DNA of 64,000 bases from Acidimicrobiia bacterium (GCA_035513335.1 DATKCE010000017.1:13255-77254); one strand, 5' to 3'; counted from the first letter of the stretch, positions 55,162 to 63,589 are shown. A program made the numbers and translations. Notes: generated by a model not told the origin, from the sequence alone.

Positions 55162-55323
55162 TCAGATCAGTAGTAGTGCGCTCTGGGCCCGACCTGACGC
55201 CCGAAGGCGCCGAGGATCCAGAGAAATGATTCCAACGACGGCGAGAATCCCGCCGAGGGTGTAGAGGATGCCGATGTTGAGCAGCGCGCCCAGCAGCAGC
55301 AGTATTACTCCGAGGATGATCAT
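55162..55323 (-). pseudogene. Small hydrophobic peptide gene with an apparent +1 frameshift
   Basis: MIILGVILLLLGALLNIGILYTLGGILAVVGI is followed, one frame over, by LWILGAFGRQVGPRAHYY-stop (stop at 55167-55169). Removing one base of the A3 run at 55224-55226 joins them. Confidence 0.55.
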
Positions 55324-55361
55324 GATTGTCCTTTCTCGATTGTCAGCTCGTGGACGATTCA

Positions 55362-55387
55362 GTACCCCCCGGCGGCTCATCAGAAAC
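55362..55387 (-). promoter_or_regulatory. SigB/SigF-type promoter motif GTTTCT-N14-GGGTAC
   Basis: Read on the minus strand, upstream of AAAGGA and ATG 55323. Confidence 0.6.
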
Positions 55388-55416
55388 TCCGGAGGCCGTC
55401 AAGGGCCCGCCCGACC

Positions 55417-55611
55417 TCAGAGTCCGGGATCGACCGGCGCGTCGACAGGCGGCTGCTGCGGTGGCTGGTCGGCTTCGCTGTCAGACATCGCCATCAATGC
55501 CACGACCACCAGGGCGACTATGGCGATCAATCCGATCATCGCCACCCAGGCACCGCGCCCCGACTGTTCATCGCGCGGCGTCTTCGTCGATGAAACATCT
55601 ACCGGGTGCAT
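55417..55611 (-). CDS. Small membrane-anchored protein with a Pro/Gln-rich tail
   Basis: GGAAGGAG 5 nt before ATG 55611. One TM helix WVAMIGLIAIVALVVVALMAM. Promoter motif upstream. Confidence 0.55.
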   Translation of the reverse strand: MHPVDVSSTKTPRDEQSGRGAWVAMIGLIAIVALVVVALMAMSDSEADQPPQQPPVDAPVDPGL

Positions 55612-55638
55612 GTTTCTCCTTCCTGGTGATCGTGACTG

Positions 55639-55664
55639 GTACCCGGCATCTACATCCGACAAAC
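55639..55664 (-). promoter_or_regulatory. SigB/SigF-type promoter motif GTTTGT-N14-GGGTAC
   Basis: Read on the minus strand. The -10 ends 27 nt before ATG 55611. Confidence 0.6.
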
Positions 55665-55771
55665 CAGTGGACCAACACCCCGGTCCACCCCCTCCCGTTT
55701 TGGCGCATGGGATGCGCTCGAAACGCGCCATCTGATGCGCGAAACGAGTTCGGTGGTGGTTTCATGGACCC

Positions 55772-57085
55772 GTGCACAGGTTCTCCCGTCTGATCGTCAA
55801 AGCCCGGGACAGCCTCTACGCAATCCCAACCCTCATGGTCGTGGGCTGCGCCGGGTTGGCTCTGGCTGCGGTGTACCTCGACGCCCGGTTCGGTGACACG
55901 CTCGCGGAGTGGCCTGTGATCCTGGGAGCAACCGTGGCCGGAGGCCGTGCCATCGCCAGCGCCGTGGCGGGGGCGACCATCACCGTGGCCGCGATCGTCT
56001 TCTCCATCACCGCCCTCACCACCCAGATGGCCTCGACCCAGTACTCGCCCAGAGCCGTCGGGGAGTTCTTCGAAGACCCCTTCCAGCAATCGATCATCGG
56101 CCTCGTGGTGGGTACCTTCACCTACTCGCTCGTGCTGCTCGCGTCGTTGGGTAGCGCTCTCCTCGATGGCTCCCGGGCCACGCCCAGCCTGGCTGTGAGC
56201 ATCTGCATCGCCCTGGGAGTGGCCTCGGCGATCGGGATCGTCGCCTATATCAACCATTCGCTTCGACGCATGCAGATCGACTCGGTCGTGCGTCGCATCG
56301 CGAGCAGCTCGATCGAAGCCATCGAGCGCCACATGAACGAGCGAGGCAACGACGGCACGATCGTCGAGGGCCGCCCGCCTGAGAGCGAGTCCCGTCGACT
56401 CAAGTCGAATCGTGGCGGGTGGGTCGTGACGATCGATGAGCAGGCCATCCTCGAAGCGCTCCCGCCGGGCTCGACAGCCAAAGTGGATGTGCGTATCGGC
56501 GAGGCGGTCTCGGTCAACGACCGTATCATGACCATCTGGCCCGACCCGGGGGAATCTTGGTCCGGATTCGATCACTTGCGCCGGGCCATCGTCACCGCAC
56601 ACGAGCGGTCGATCGAGCTCGACCCCACCTTCGGGCTCCGCCAGCTAGTCGACATCGCCCTGAAGGCCCTCTCCCCGGGCGTGAACGACCCCACGACCGC
56701 GGTGGATGTCATCCACCACCTCAAGACGCCGGTGAGGACGGTGCTCCTGTCCGATGCCCCCCAGCGGGTGTTCGCGGGGCCCGACGACAGGCGGGTGTTC
56801 CTCGCAGGGTTGCCTGGCCGATCGGACTACGTGCACGTGGCCTTCTCCGAGATCAGGCTCGCCGCGCAACATCAGCCCTACGTGCTCGCCGCCCTCATCG
56901 AAGTCCTCGGTGACCTCGAGGAGGACCTCGCCGAAGCGGACCTGGAGGAGCGACAGGGTGCGGTGATGGAAGAGCTTCGGTTGACGATCGAGACGGCTCA
57001 GAGAGGCGGACTGCCGGAGCCCGACCTTCGCCGGATCCTGGATCGTGTCTCGATGACCGATCTCCTCGACACCGAGGAGACATGA
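55772..57085 (+). CDS. DUF2254 membrane protein
   Basis: Four N-terminal TM helices with FSITALTTQMASTQYSPR (DUF2254 hallmark) and a large soluble C-domain. Confidence 0.7.
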   Translation: MHRFSRLIVKARDSLYAIPTLMVVGCAGLALAAVYLDARFGDTLAEWPVILGATVAGGRAIASAVAGATITVAAIVFSITALTTQMASTQYSPRAVGEFFEDPFQQSIIGLVVGTFTYSLVLLASLGSALLDGSRATPSLAVSICIALGVASAIGIVAYINHSLRRMQIDSVVRRIASSSIEAIERHMNERGNDGTIVEGRPPESESRRLKSNRGGWVVTIDEQAILEALPPGSTAKVDVRIGEAVSVNDRIMTIWPDPGESWSGFDHLRRAIVTAHERSIELDPTFGLRQLVDIALKALSPGVNDPTTAVDVIHHLKTPVRTVLLSDAPQRVFAGPDDRRVFLAGLPGRSDYVHVAFSEIRLAAQHQPYVLAALIEVLGDLEEDLAEADLEERQGAVMEELRLTIETAQRGGLPEPDLRRILDRVSMTDLLDTEET

Positions 57086-57131
57086 GCGACCGACGGCATC
57101 TACCGGCGTCGGTTCCTCTACGGTCGCGCCC

Positions 57132-58808
57132 ATGACCCTCGAGACACTGGCTGATCGGTTCTGGAACAAGGCGATGGAGATGCACCCGACCATCGCCACC
57201 GTCCGCGGCATTCACGACTACGACGAGCAACTCCCGTCTCTCGACGAGTCGTGGGTGGCGGATATGTCGTCTGCCTTTCGGGGGCTGATCGACGAGGCGG
57301 AGTCCCTCGACACCGGCGCCATGACGACCCAGGAGCGCATCACGCACGCCCTCCTCATACATCAATGCCAGTCGAGGCTCCGCGAAGTGGAGACGCCCTT
57401 CCGACGCGCCCCGGTCGACCCGTTTCTCGGCCCCCACACCCGTCTTCTCTCCGATACCAGGCAGAACACCGTCACCGACATCGAGCAGGCCACCGCTCTC
57501 CTCGAGCGTTACTCGAAGGTCCCCTCATATCTCTCGGCGGCTCTGGGGACACACATCCACTGCGTCGAACGCGGACAGCCTCCGGCGGCGGCCGTCGTCA
57601 ACCGGGTGCTGAGCCAGGTCGACGGGTACCTCGAGTCCGACCTCGCCGACGATCCGTTCCTGGTCCTCGATATCCCGGGCCGTCCGGCTGGTTGGAGAGA
57701 TCGGGCCGAGATACTCGTGAAGGAAGTGATCAGGCCGGCGTTCCAGGCCTACCGACACGGGCTCGCTGAGGAGATCGCCCCGAGATCCCGCCCGGACGAT
57801 CGTTGCGGGATCTCTTGGATGGAAGGTGGCGAGGAGATCTATGCCGATCTCATCACCCAGTACACCCAACTCCCCTCCACCCCCGAGCAGATCCACGGCA
57901 TCGGTCAGGAGTGGGCAACCGGGATCAACGCTGCCGAATGGGTGGAGGTCGGCTCCCGCGCACTCGGCCTCGACACTCTGGAGGCCATTTTCGATCGCCT
58001 CGATTCCGACCCGGAGCTGCGATTCGGCAGCGAGCGGGAGATGCTCGACCACGCCAGAGGGGCCCTCGACCGGGCCTGGGCAGCAGTGGACGACTGGTTC
58101 GGCACCCGCCCGGAGACGCCGTGTCAGGTGGTTCCGGTCCCGGCGGCGACGGCACCCGCAATGCCCCCGGCGTACTACTCGCAACCGCCGGTCGACGGCT
58201 CCCGACCCGGCACCTACTACCTCAACACCTACGAGCCCGGAAAGCGAGACCGTTTCGAGTACGAATCGATCCACTTCCACGAAGGCATCCCCGGCCACCA
58301 CTTCGACCGGTCACTCGCTACAGAATTGGAGGGGATTCCCACCTTCCGTCGCTACGCGATGGTCTACGCCCACACCGAGGGGTGGGGCTTGTACAGCGAG
58401 CGCCTGGCCGACGAGATGGGGCTCTATTCCTCCGACATCGACCGACTCGGCATGATCTCGGCCGATGCCTGGCGCGCCGGGCGTCTCGTCACCGACACGG
58501 GCATCCATGCCCTCGGGTGGAGCCGGCAGCAGGGCATCGACTTCCTGCGGAAGTGGACCCCGATCGGGCTCCTGACCGTGGAACAGGAGATCGACCGCTA
58601 CGTCGGCATGCCCGGACAGGCGTTGGCCTACAAGATGGGCCAGATCGAGATCATGCGGCTCCGCGACGAGGCCACCGAGAGACTCGGCGCCTCGTTCGAC
58701 ATCAAGGGCTTTCACGACACGATGCTGGTGCACGGGGCGATGCCCCTTCCGATGCTGTCCAAGGCCGTCGACGAATGGGTGCAGGACGTCGCCGGATCCC
58801 AGACCTGA
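57132..58808 (+). CDS. DUF885 family (metallopeptidase-like) protein
   Basis: HEGIPGHHF zinc-motif context. Family-typical length of 558 aa. Confidence 0.75.
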   Translation: MTLETLADRFWNKAMEMHPTIATVRGIHDYDEQLPSLDESWVADMSSAFRGLIDEAESLDTGAMTTQERITHALLIHQCQSRLREVETPFRRAPVDPFLGPHTRLLSDTRQNTVTDIEQATALLERYSKVPSYLSAALGTHIHCVERGQPPAAAVVNRVLSQVDGYLESDLADDPFLVLDIPGRPAGWRDRAEILVKEVIRPAFQAYRHGLAEEIAPRSRPDDRCGISWMEGGEEIYADLITQYTQLPSTPEQIHGIGQEWATGINAAEWVEVGSRALGLDTLEAIFDRLDSDPELRFGSEREMLDHARGALDRAWAAVDDWFGTRPETPCQVVPVPAATAPAMPPAYYSQPPVDGSRPGTYYLNTYEPGKRDRFEYESIHFHEGIPGHHFDRSLATELEGIPTFRRYAMVYAHTEGWGLYSERLADEMGLYSSDIDRLGMISADAWRAGRLVTDTGIHALGWSRQQGIDFLRKWTPIGLLTVEQEIDRYVGMPGQALAYKMGQIEIMRLRDEATERLGASFDIKGFHDTMLVHGAMPLPMLSKAVDEWVQDVAGSQT

Positions 58809-58812
58809 GATC

Positions 58813-58838
58813 GTTTGCCGTTGATCGCCTCCGGGTAT
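58813..58838 (+). promoter_or_regulatory. SigB/SigF-type promoter motif GTTTGC-N14-GGGTAT
   Basis: Read directly. AAAGGAG and ATG 58864 follow. Confidence 0.65.
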
Positions 58839-58863
58839 CCGCTGGAAGCGAAAGGAGTAGGTC

Positions 58864-59118
58864 ATGGGAGAGAAGCACGGTCCATCCATCAAAGACGACG
58901 AGCAGTACGAAGCGCTGCGTGAAGAGGGGATGAGCAAGGAGAAGGCAACCCGAATCGCCAATACCCCGCGCCAGGAGGCAGCCACGAAAGGCGGCCAGGC
59001 CCCTCCCTACGAGCAGTGGACGGTGGACGAGCTCATGGAACGAGCTGCCGAGTTCGGCATCGAAGGTCGCTCCACCATGACCAAGGACGAGCTCATCGAT
59101 GCCCTGCGTGATCGCTGA
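58864..59118 (+). CDS. Small Rho_N-domain protein
   Basis: C-terminal WTVDELMERAAEFGIEGRSTMTKDELIDAL matches the Rho N-terminal/SAP-like motif. Confidence 0.7.
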   Translation: MGEKHGPSIKDDEQYEALREEGMSKEKATRIANTPRQEAATKGGQAPPYEQWTVDELMERAAEFGIEGRSTMTKDELIDALRDR

Positions 59119-59189
59119 CTGATCAAACAGGCTCGACAACACCGGGGGCGGCCAGGGAAGTGGCACCGCCTCCTTCCCCACTCAGAGTG

Positions 59190-59215
59190 GTTTCGAGGCC
59201 GGTTTAGCCGGGTAT
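59190..59215 (+). promoter_or_regulatory. SigB/SigF-type promoter motif GTTTCG-N14-GGGTAT
   Basis: Read directly. The -10 overlaps the track start ATG 59214 and ends 10 nt before ATG 59226. Confidence 0.65.
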
Positions 59216-59225
59216 GGCGATCTCG

Positions 59226-60068
59226 ATGAAGCGCGAGTCCCGAGGCGAGATCACAACCGACATCAGTTCCGGCGTGGTCTATCAGACTTTCGGTCCGGTG
59301 ACCACAGACACCCGGGCCGAGGCAGAAACCATGATGGAACGGCTCGCCGATCTCGCTCCCCGCCAGGTCCTCTACGCCAAGGTCAAGGCCAGCAGCAACA
59401 ACGAGCGCGATCCCGATCAGAGGTTTCTCGTACAGGGGACCATGGACATCTCGGGGGAGGTCATCCGGGCCCAAGCGGCTGCACCGACGGCGGGCGAGGC
59501 TCTCAAGACGGTCGAGGACCGGCTGGAACGCCGGGTCAGCCGTCTCGCCGAGCGCCGACGCGACACCTCGAAGCGCCCGCCCTCCACCCCATCAGGAAGC
59601 TGGCGCAGCGGCGACTTGCGGGAGCGAAGACCCGACTACTTCGACCGACCGCTCGATCAGCGCATGGTGGTGAGGCGGAAGACGTTCTCGCCGGGCGAGC
59701 GGATCCCGGTCAGCGACGCCCTCTTCGACCTAGAAGTCCTCGACCACAGGTTCTACCTCTTCGTCGACGACGCCGACCAGAAGCCGTCGATCGTGTACGA
59801 GGAAGACGATGCAGTGGCGATCCGCAAGGTCGATGGTTCACGCCCGGACCAAGGGACTCTCCCCATCGAGTTGACCGTGAACGAGACTCCCGCCCCCCGG
59901 TTCACGGTCACCGAAGCGGTCGAGTCGCTGAACGTGAGCGGTATGCCGTTCTTCTTCTTCCTCGACACCGAGAGGAACCTCGCCAGTGTGCTGTATCGCC
60001 GCTACGACGGACACTACGGGCTGGTCGTGGCCCCGGCCCACGTCTCGTCGCATGAGAGCGAAGACTGA
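59226..60068 (+). CDS. HPF/RaiA-family ribosome-hibernation-like protein with two tandem S30EA C-terminal domains
   Basis: N-terminal RaiA-like region (...ISGEVIRAQAAAPTAGEALKTVEDRLERRV). Two C-terminal repeats: HRFYLFVDDADQKPSIVYEEDD and MPFFFFLDTERNLASVLYRRYDGHYGLV. Confidence 0.7.
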   Translation: MKRESRGEITTDISSGVVYQTFGPVTTDTRAEAETMMERLADLAPRQVLYAKVKASSNNERDPDQRFLVQGTMDISGEVIRAQAAAPTAGEALKTVEDRLERRVSRLAERRRDTSKRPPSTPSGSWRSGDLRERRPDYFDRPLDQRMVVRRKTFSPGERIPVSDALFDLEVLDHRFYLFVDDADQKPSIVYEEDDAVAIRKVDGSRPDQGTLPIELTVNETPAPRFTVTEAVESLNVSGMPFFFFLDTERNLASVLYRRYDGHYGLVVAPAHVSSHESED

Positions 60069-60083
60069 GCCGGGGATATCTCT

Positions 60084-60108
60084 GTTTGACGAGAGCCGAA
60101 CCGGGTAA
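60084..60108 (+). promoter_or_regulatory. SigB/SigF-type promoter motif GTTTGA-N13-GGGTAA
   Basis: Read directly. GAGGAG (60121) and ATG 60134 follow. Confidence 0.6.
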
Positions 60109-60133
60109 GGGCCACGGCGCGAGGAGACACGGA

Positions 60134-60640
60134 ATGCCCGCCCGACATGGCTGGAAACTCAGACCCTCACCACGACCGGGATTCACGGTGCTCGAAGCGT
60201 CGCGTGAACTGTCCACGGCTCCTGTCGTGGTCGCACTCCACGACTCGCTCCACGCATTCCGGCTGTTTCGCTCCGGCGTCGACGAGGCGATGGGGAGGGC
60301 CTGCGATCTGGTAGTGCTCGACTTCGGAGAGCTTCCCCTTCGTGAGCAACTCCGGGCTACGTCGGAGCCGCATCATGAGATCGATGCCCTCCGGGCCCTC
60401 TGCTCCAACCCGCATGTGAAGGTGATCCGACAGTATCCGGGCGAGAACGGTCTCGAAAGGGTGGTGTCGTTCTGTGAATCGGTCGGAGCCTCGCTCCTCA
60501 TCCTGGGAGCCGACTACGCCAGTTCCTCGAGCCTCGACGGCGCACCCACTACCAGGCTCTTCCGCGGGTTGTTCGACGTGCTGGTGATCACCGACCCGCC
60601 GGAAGAGGTCGACGTTCCGGCGACGGGGTCCGACGGGTAA
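60134..60640 (+). CDS. Universal-stress-protein-like domain protein (degenerate)
   Basis: USP-like layout VVVALHDS...LLILGADY...DVLVITDP. No clear ATP-binding G-x2-G-x9-G-S/T motif seen. Confidence 0.5.
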   Translation: MPARHGWKLRPSPRPGFTVLEASRELSTAPVVVALHDSLHAFRLFRSGVDEAMGRACDLVVLDFGELPLREQLRATSEPHHEIDALRALCSNPHVKVIRQYPGENGLERVVSFCESVGASLLILGADYASSSSLDGAPTTRLFRGLFDVLVITDPPEEVDVPATGSDG

Positions 60641-60750
60641 GGCAAGATCGCCGGCTCACAACCGGGTGATCCCAGTGGTGATCACCAACGGCCCCCACGC
60701 CTGACACGCTCGTCTCACTCACCTCGGCAATGGGGGAGACGCTCGGGAAC

Positions 60751-61269
60751 TCAGCGGTCTCGATCCTCTCTGAATCTCACCAGTGGGAGGTAGAACCAGG
60801 ACCATGCGGAGACAACTGCGACCAGGGTGGTCGCTACTGCCGCCAGGGGGTCGGTGAATACGAGCGACGACACCAGATAGACCACCGCAACGATCGACAC
60901 CAGGAAGAAGACGTTCCCGGCGATGGTGAGCTTGGTGGCGTACAACACGTGACTTCGAGAGTTGCGTTTGATGCCGGTGATGGGACCGCGTACGCGTTGG
61001 TGGACGCTGGGCGCGATGAGCAATACCGAGGCCAGGGCGGCACTGATGAACGCCACATAGAACACGATCGTGTTCGGACCGCTGACGTCCCCGAACGACG
61101 CCTGGAGAGGCAACACCAGCAGGAACGAGAACAGCACCATCACCCCGGGGATCGTGGTTCGAAGCCCCTCCAGCAGGGCGCGGAACTCGTCGTCGACGTC
61201 ACCATCCGGGCCCTTGGTCTCAGACTCCGTGTCTCGGTCTCTTGCGATGTCCTCCACTTCGCCCACCAT
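60751..61269 (-). CDS. DUF6328-like membrane protein
   Basis: EFRALLEGLRTTIPGVMVLFSFLLVLPLQASF and further TM helices. Confidence 0.6.
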   Translation of the reverse strand: MVGEVEDIARDRDTESETKGPDGDVDDEFRALLEGLRTTIPGVMVLFSFLLVLPLQASFGDVSGPNTIVFYVAFISAALASVLLIAPSVHQRVRGPITGIKRNSRSHVLYATKLTIAGNVFFLVSIVAVVYLVSSLVFTDPLAAVATTLVAVVSAWSWFYLPLVRFREDRDR

Positions 61270-61324
61270 CAAACTCCCGGTTCCCCTTGTCGGCAAGTTC
61301 CACCTCCCCGGCGCGCCCTCGGAG

Positions 61325-61351
61325 GTTTGAACTCGGGGGCACCCCGGGTAC
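61325..61351 (+). promoter_or_regulatory. SigB/SigF-type promoter motif GTTTGA-N15-GGGTAC
   Basis: Read directly, upstream of GGAAGGAG and ATG 61398. The likely transcript also carries the sigma gene. Confidence 0.6.
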
Positions 61352-61397
61352 CCGCACTGGACCTGGCCCAACCAGGGCTTTCTGGAAGGAGCCAGAA

Positions 61398-61655
61398 ATG
61401 CAGGAAACCATTGCCAGAGACATCGAGGAGATTCACGACCGTCTCGCCGAGATCGAGGACGAGCGCATCAACCTCGACGAGGGCGACGAAACCCGCCGTG
61501 AGCAACTGTTGCGGGAGGAGCGCCGGCTCGAACTCCGCCTCGGCGAGATCGAGGAGCGAGTCGCCGACGATCGGGGCGTCGCCGAGGAGAAGGCGGCGAA
61601 CCAAGCGGACCTGACCCGCACCCCGAGACTTCCCGACTCGCACGACGAGCCCTGA
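61398..61655 (+). CDS. Small acidic coiled-coil protein
   Basis: GGAAGGAG RBS. 85-aa E/R-rich heptad-like translation. Confidence 0.55.
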   Translation: MQETIARDIEEIHDRLAEIEDERINLDEGDETRREQLLREERRLELRLGEIEERVADDRGVAEEKAANQADLTRTPRLPDSHDEP

Positions 61656-61704
61656 GCAAGATCCGAAGTCCTATTCGCAACGTGCCGGACATAAGATCGC
61701 CGCG

Positions 61705-62814
61705 ATGCCCGAGCCAACCGAGCTGAACCTCTCTGTCGAGCCCTCCTCCGCCGCAATGGCGCGCGCCTTCTTGCGAGAGCACGCCACCCTCGACAGCATG
61801 CGTCACGCCGAAGCCGATCTACTGGTGACCGAGCTGATCGGGAACGTGATCGAACATTCCCCCGATTGTGAAGAGCTCGTGGTGAGCGTCCGCCAGGAAC
61901 CCGATCGTGGGTTGGTGGTCACGGTCTCACACCGACACCCCCAACCCATCGATGAGCCGGCATCGGGTGTCGGGTTCATGCTCGTCGAGCGTCTCTCCCG
62001 CAATTGGGGCCACGAGCACGACGGGGAACGGCTGAGCGTCTGGTTCGTCCTGAGGACACCGGGAACCACTTCGATCGGCGAGGACGTGACCGATGCCCAC
62101 CTCTTCGAGCGAATGGCCGACGATCCGGCGGCCTACTCCGACGAGCTGGTGCGTCGTCACGCCGATCTGGCTTCTTCGATCGCGCGGCGCTATCGGGGCA
62201 AGGGGGTGGACGAAGACGATTTGCTCCAAGTGGCGCACATGGCGCTCCTCAAGGCCATCCAGCGCTATGACCCCTCGCTCGGGAAGATCAGGCCCTACGC
62301 GGCGGCGACCATCTCCGGCGAGCTGAAGAGACTGCTGCGTGACAAAGGCTGGTCGGTCCGGGTCCCCAGATCCCTCCAGGAGCGCTCCCTAGAAGTCGCC
62401 CGGGCGTCGGAGGAGCTGACTCAGCGCCTCAATCGGCCTCCTCAGGTCCACGAGTTGGCGAAGCAACTAGGACTCACGGAGGTGGAGATACTGGAGGCCG
62501 TCGACGCCCGGCAGGCATATGCCTCCAGCTCCATCGACAAACCGGCTGAGAACACGGGGGTGAGCCTTCTCGACCGCATCGAGGACGACGACGCCCAGCT
62601 CCGGCTCGCCGACGATCGGATCATGGTCGAAGAGGCGATCCGAGCCCTACCAGAGCGCCAGCAGAGGATCGTCGATCTCCGGTTCAACGAGGACATGACC
62701 CAGACAGAGATCGCCGAGGAGCTCGGGATATCGCAAATGCACGTGTCTAGATTGCTCGCCAACGCCTTGAAGCAGCTGGAAAAGTCCATCGGCATGGGCC
62801 CGGCGTCGACCTGA
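61705..62814 (+). CDS. Group-3 (SigB/SigF-type) sigma factor with an N-terminal RsbW-like HATPase (anti-sigma) domain fused in frame
   Basis: Residues ~1-120 have an anti-sigma-kinase layout (LLVTELIGNVIEHS ... GVGFMLVERLSRNWG ... VWFVL). Residues ~137-369 carry sigma regions 2-4 (DLLQVAHMALLKAIQRYDP, ISGELKRLLRDKGWSVRVPRSLQE, MTQTEIAEELGISQMHVSRLL). There is no stop between the two parts. Confidence 0.8.
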   Translation: MPEPTELNLSVEPSSAAMARAFLREHATLDSMRHAEADLLVTELIGNVIEHSPDCEELVVSVRQEPDRGLVVTVSHRHPQPIDEPASGVGFMLVERLSRNWGHEHDGERLSVWFVLRTPGTTSIGEDVTDAHLFERMADDPAAYSDELVRRHADLASSIARRYRGKGVDEDDLLQVAHMALLKAIQRYDPSLGKIRPYAAATISGELKRLLRDKGWSVRVPRSLQERSLEVARASEELTQRLNRPPQVHELAKQLGLTEVEILEAVDARQAYASSSIDKPAENTGVSLLDRIEDDDAQLRLADDRIMVEEAIRALPERQQRIVDLRFNEDMTQTEIAEELGISQMHVSRLLANALKQLEKSIGMGPAST

Positions 62815-62819
62815 ACGCG

Positions 62820-62845
62820 GTTTAGCCTGAGTCCGTTAGGGGTAC
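62820..62845 (+). promoter_or_regulatory. SigB/SigF-type promoter motif GTTTAG-N14-GGGTAC
   Basis: Read directly. Begins 6 nt after the sigma stop codon. Confidence 0.6.
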
Positions 62846-62860
62846 CGCTCCTTGTTGGCG

Positions 62861-63238
62861 ATGGCGAAAGTCATGGTTGTGATGAGGCTCCAGGTCGAAT
62901 CGAACAGAGAAGCCCCTAGTCTGTCGCGTTCGCGTCTCGCCTCCGTACGATCGAAGCTGGAGCCTCGCTACGAGGACGTCGTGTTGGTGGTCTCCGAGCT
63001 CGTCACCAACAGTGTCCGCCACGGTTCATCCACAGGAATTGACGTGAAGGTCACCGCACAGGAGGGGCGGATTCGTGTCGAGGTAGCCGACGACGGGCCA
63101 GGATTCTCAGCAGACGCCCCCCGCGGTGAGGGCCTCGGCCTCTCCATAGTAGAGAAGGTCGCCGATAGCTGGGGCCTCAGCGAAGACAGGTCCAGATTCA
63201 CCGTCTGGGTCGAACTGTCGACCCCGGACGGGGGCTAG
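62861..63238 (+). CDS. RsbW/SpoIIAB-like anti-sigma factor serine kinase (HATPase_c_2 type)
   Basis: VSELVTNSVRHG (N box), VEVADDGPGF (G1) and GEGLGLSIVEKVADSWG (G2). Start uncertain (62852 TTG, or ATG at 62861, 62873 or 62882). Confidence 0.75.
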   Translation: MAKVMVVMRLQVESNREAPSLSRSRLASVRSKLEPRYEDVVLVVSELVTNSVRHGSSTGIDVKVTAQEGRIRVEVADDGPGFSADAPRGEGLGLSIVEKVADSWGLSEDRSRFTVWVELSTPDGG

Positions 63239-63589
63239 CTAGGCCGACTCGACTTCGTCGAGATCCTCGGTGCTCTCGACGACCTTCATCGACGACTCGA
63301 CACCACTGAGATCGATCAATCTCGATATGGGCCCTCTGCTGACGGCGACGGCGAACCCCCGGCCACTCTCGTCGAAGCGCCGGTTGGCCATCACGAGGGC
63401 CTTGAGCCCGGTCGAATCCATGAATGATGAGTCTCTGAGGTCGACCACCAGCGGGTGGGAGTCGGTCGAGAAGACCGATTCGATCGCGTTCTCCAGATCC
63501 GGCACCGTGGCCAGGTCGATCTCGCCGGTCACGGAGATACAGTGCCATCCGGTGGAGAGCTCAGAGTTACGAATGTTGAGACCGGTCAT
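63239..63589 (-). CDS. STAS-domain anti-sigma-factor antagonist (RsbV/SpoIIAA-like)
   Basis: ISVTGEIDLATVPDLENAI...VVDLRDSSFMDSTGLKALV, with the phosphorylatable Ser in the DSTG context. Its stop abuts the RsbW-like stop (TAGCTA). Confidence 0.8.
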   Translation of the reverse strand: MTGLNIRNSELSTGWHCISVTGEIDLATVPDLENAIESVFSTDSHPLVVDLRDSSFMDSTGLKALVMANRRFDESGRGFAVAVSRGPISRLIDLSGVESSMKVVESTEDLDEVESA

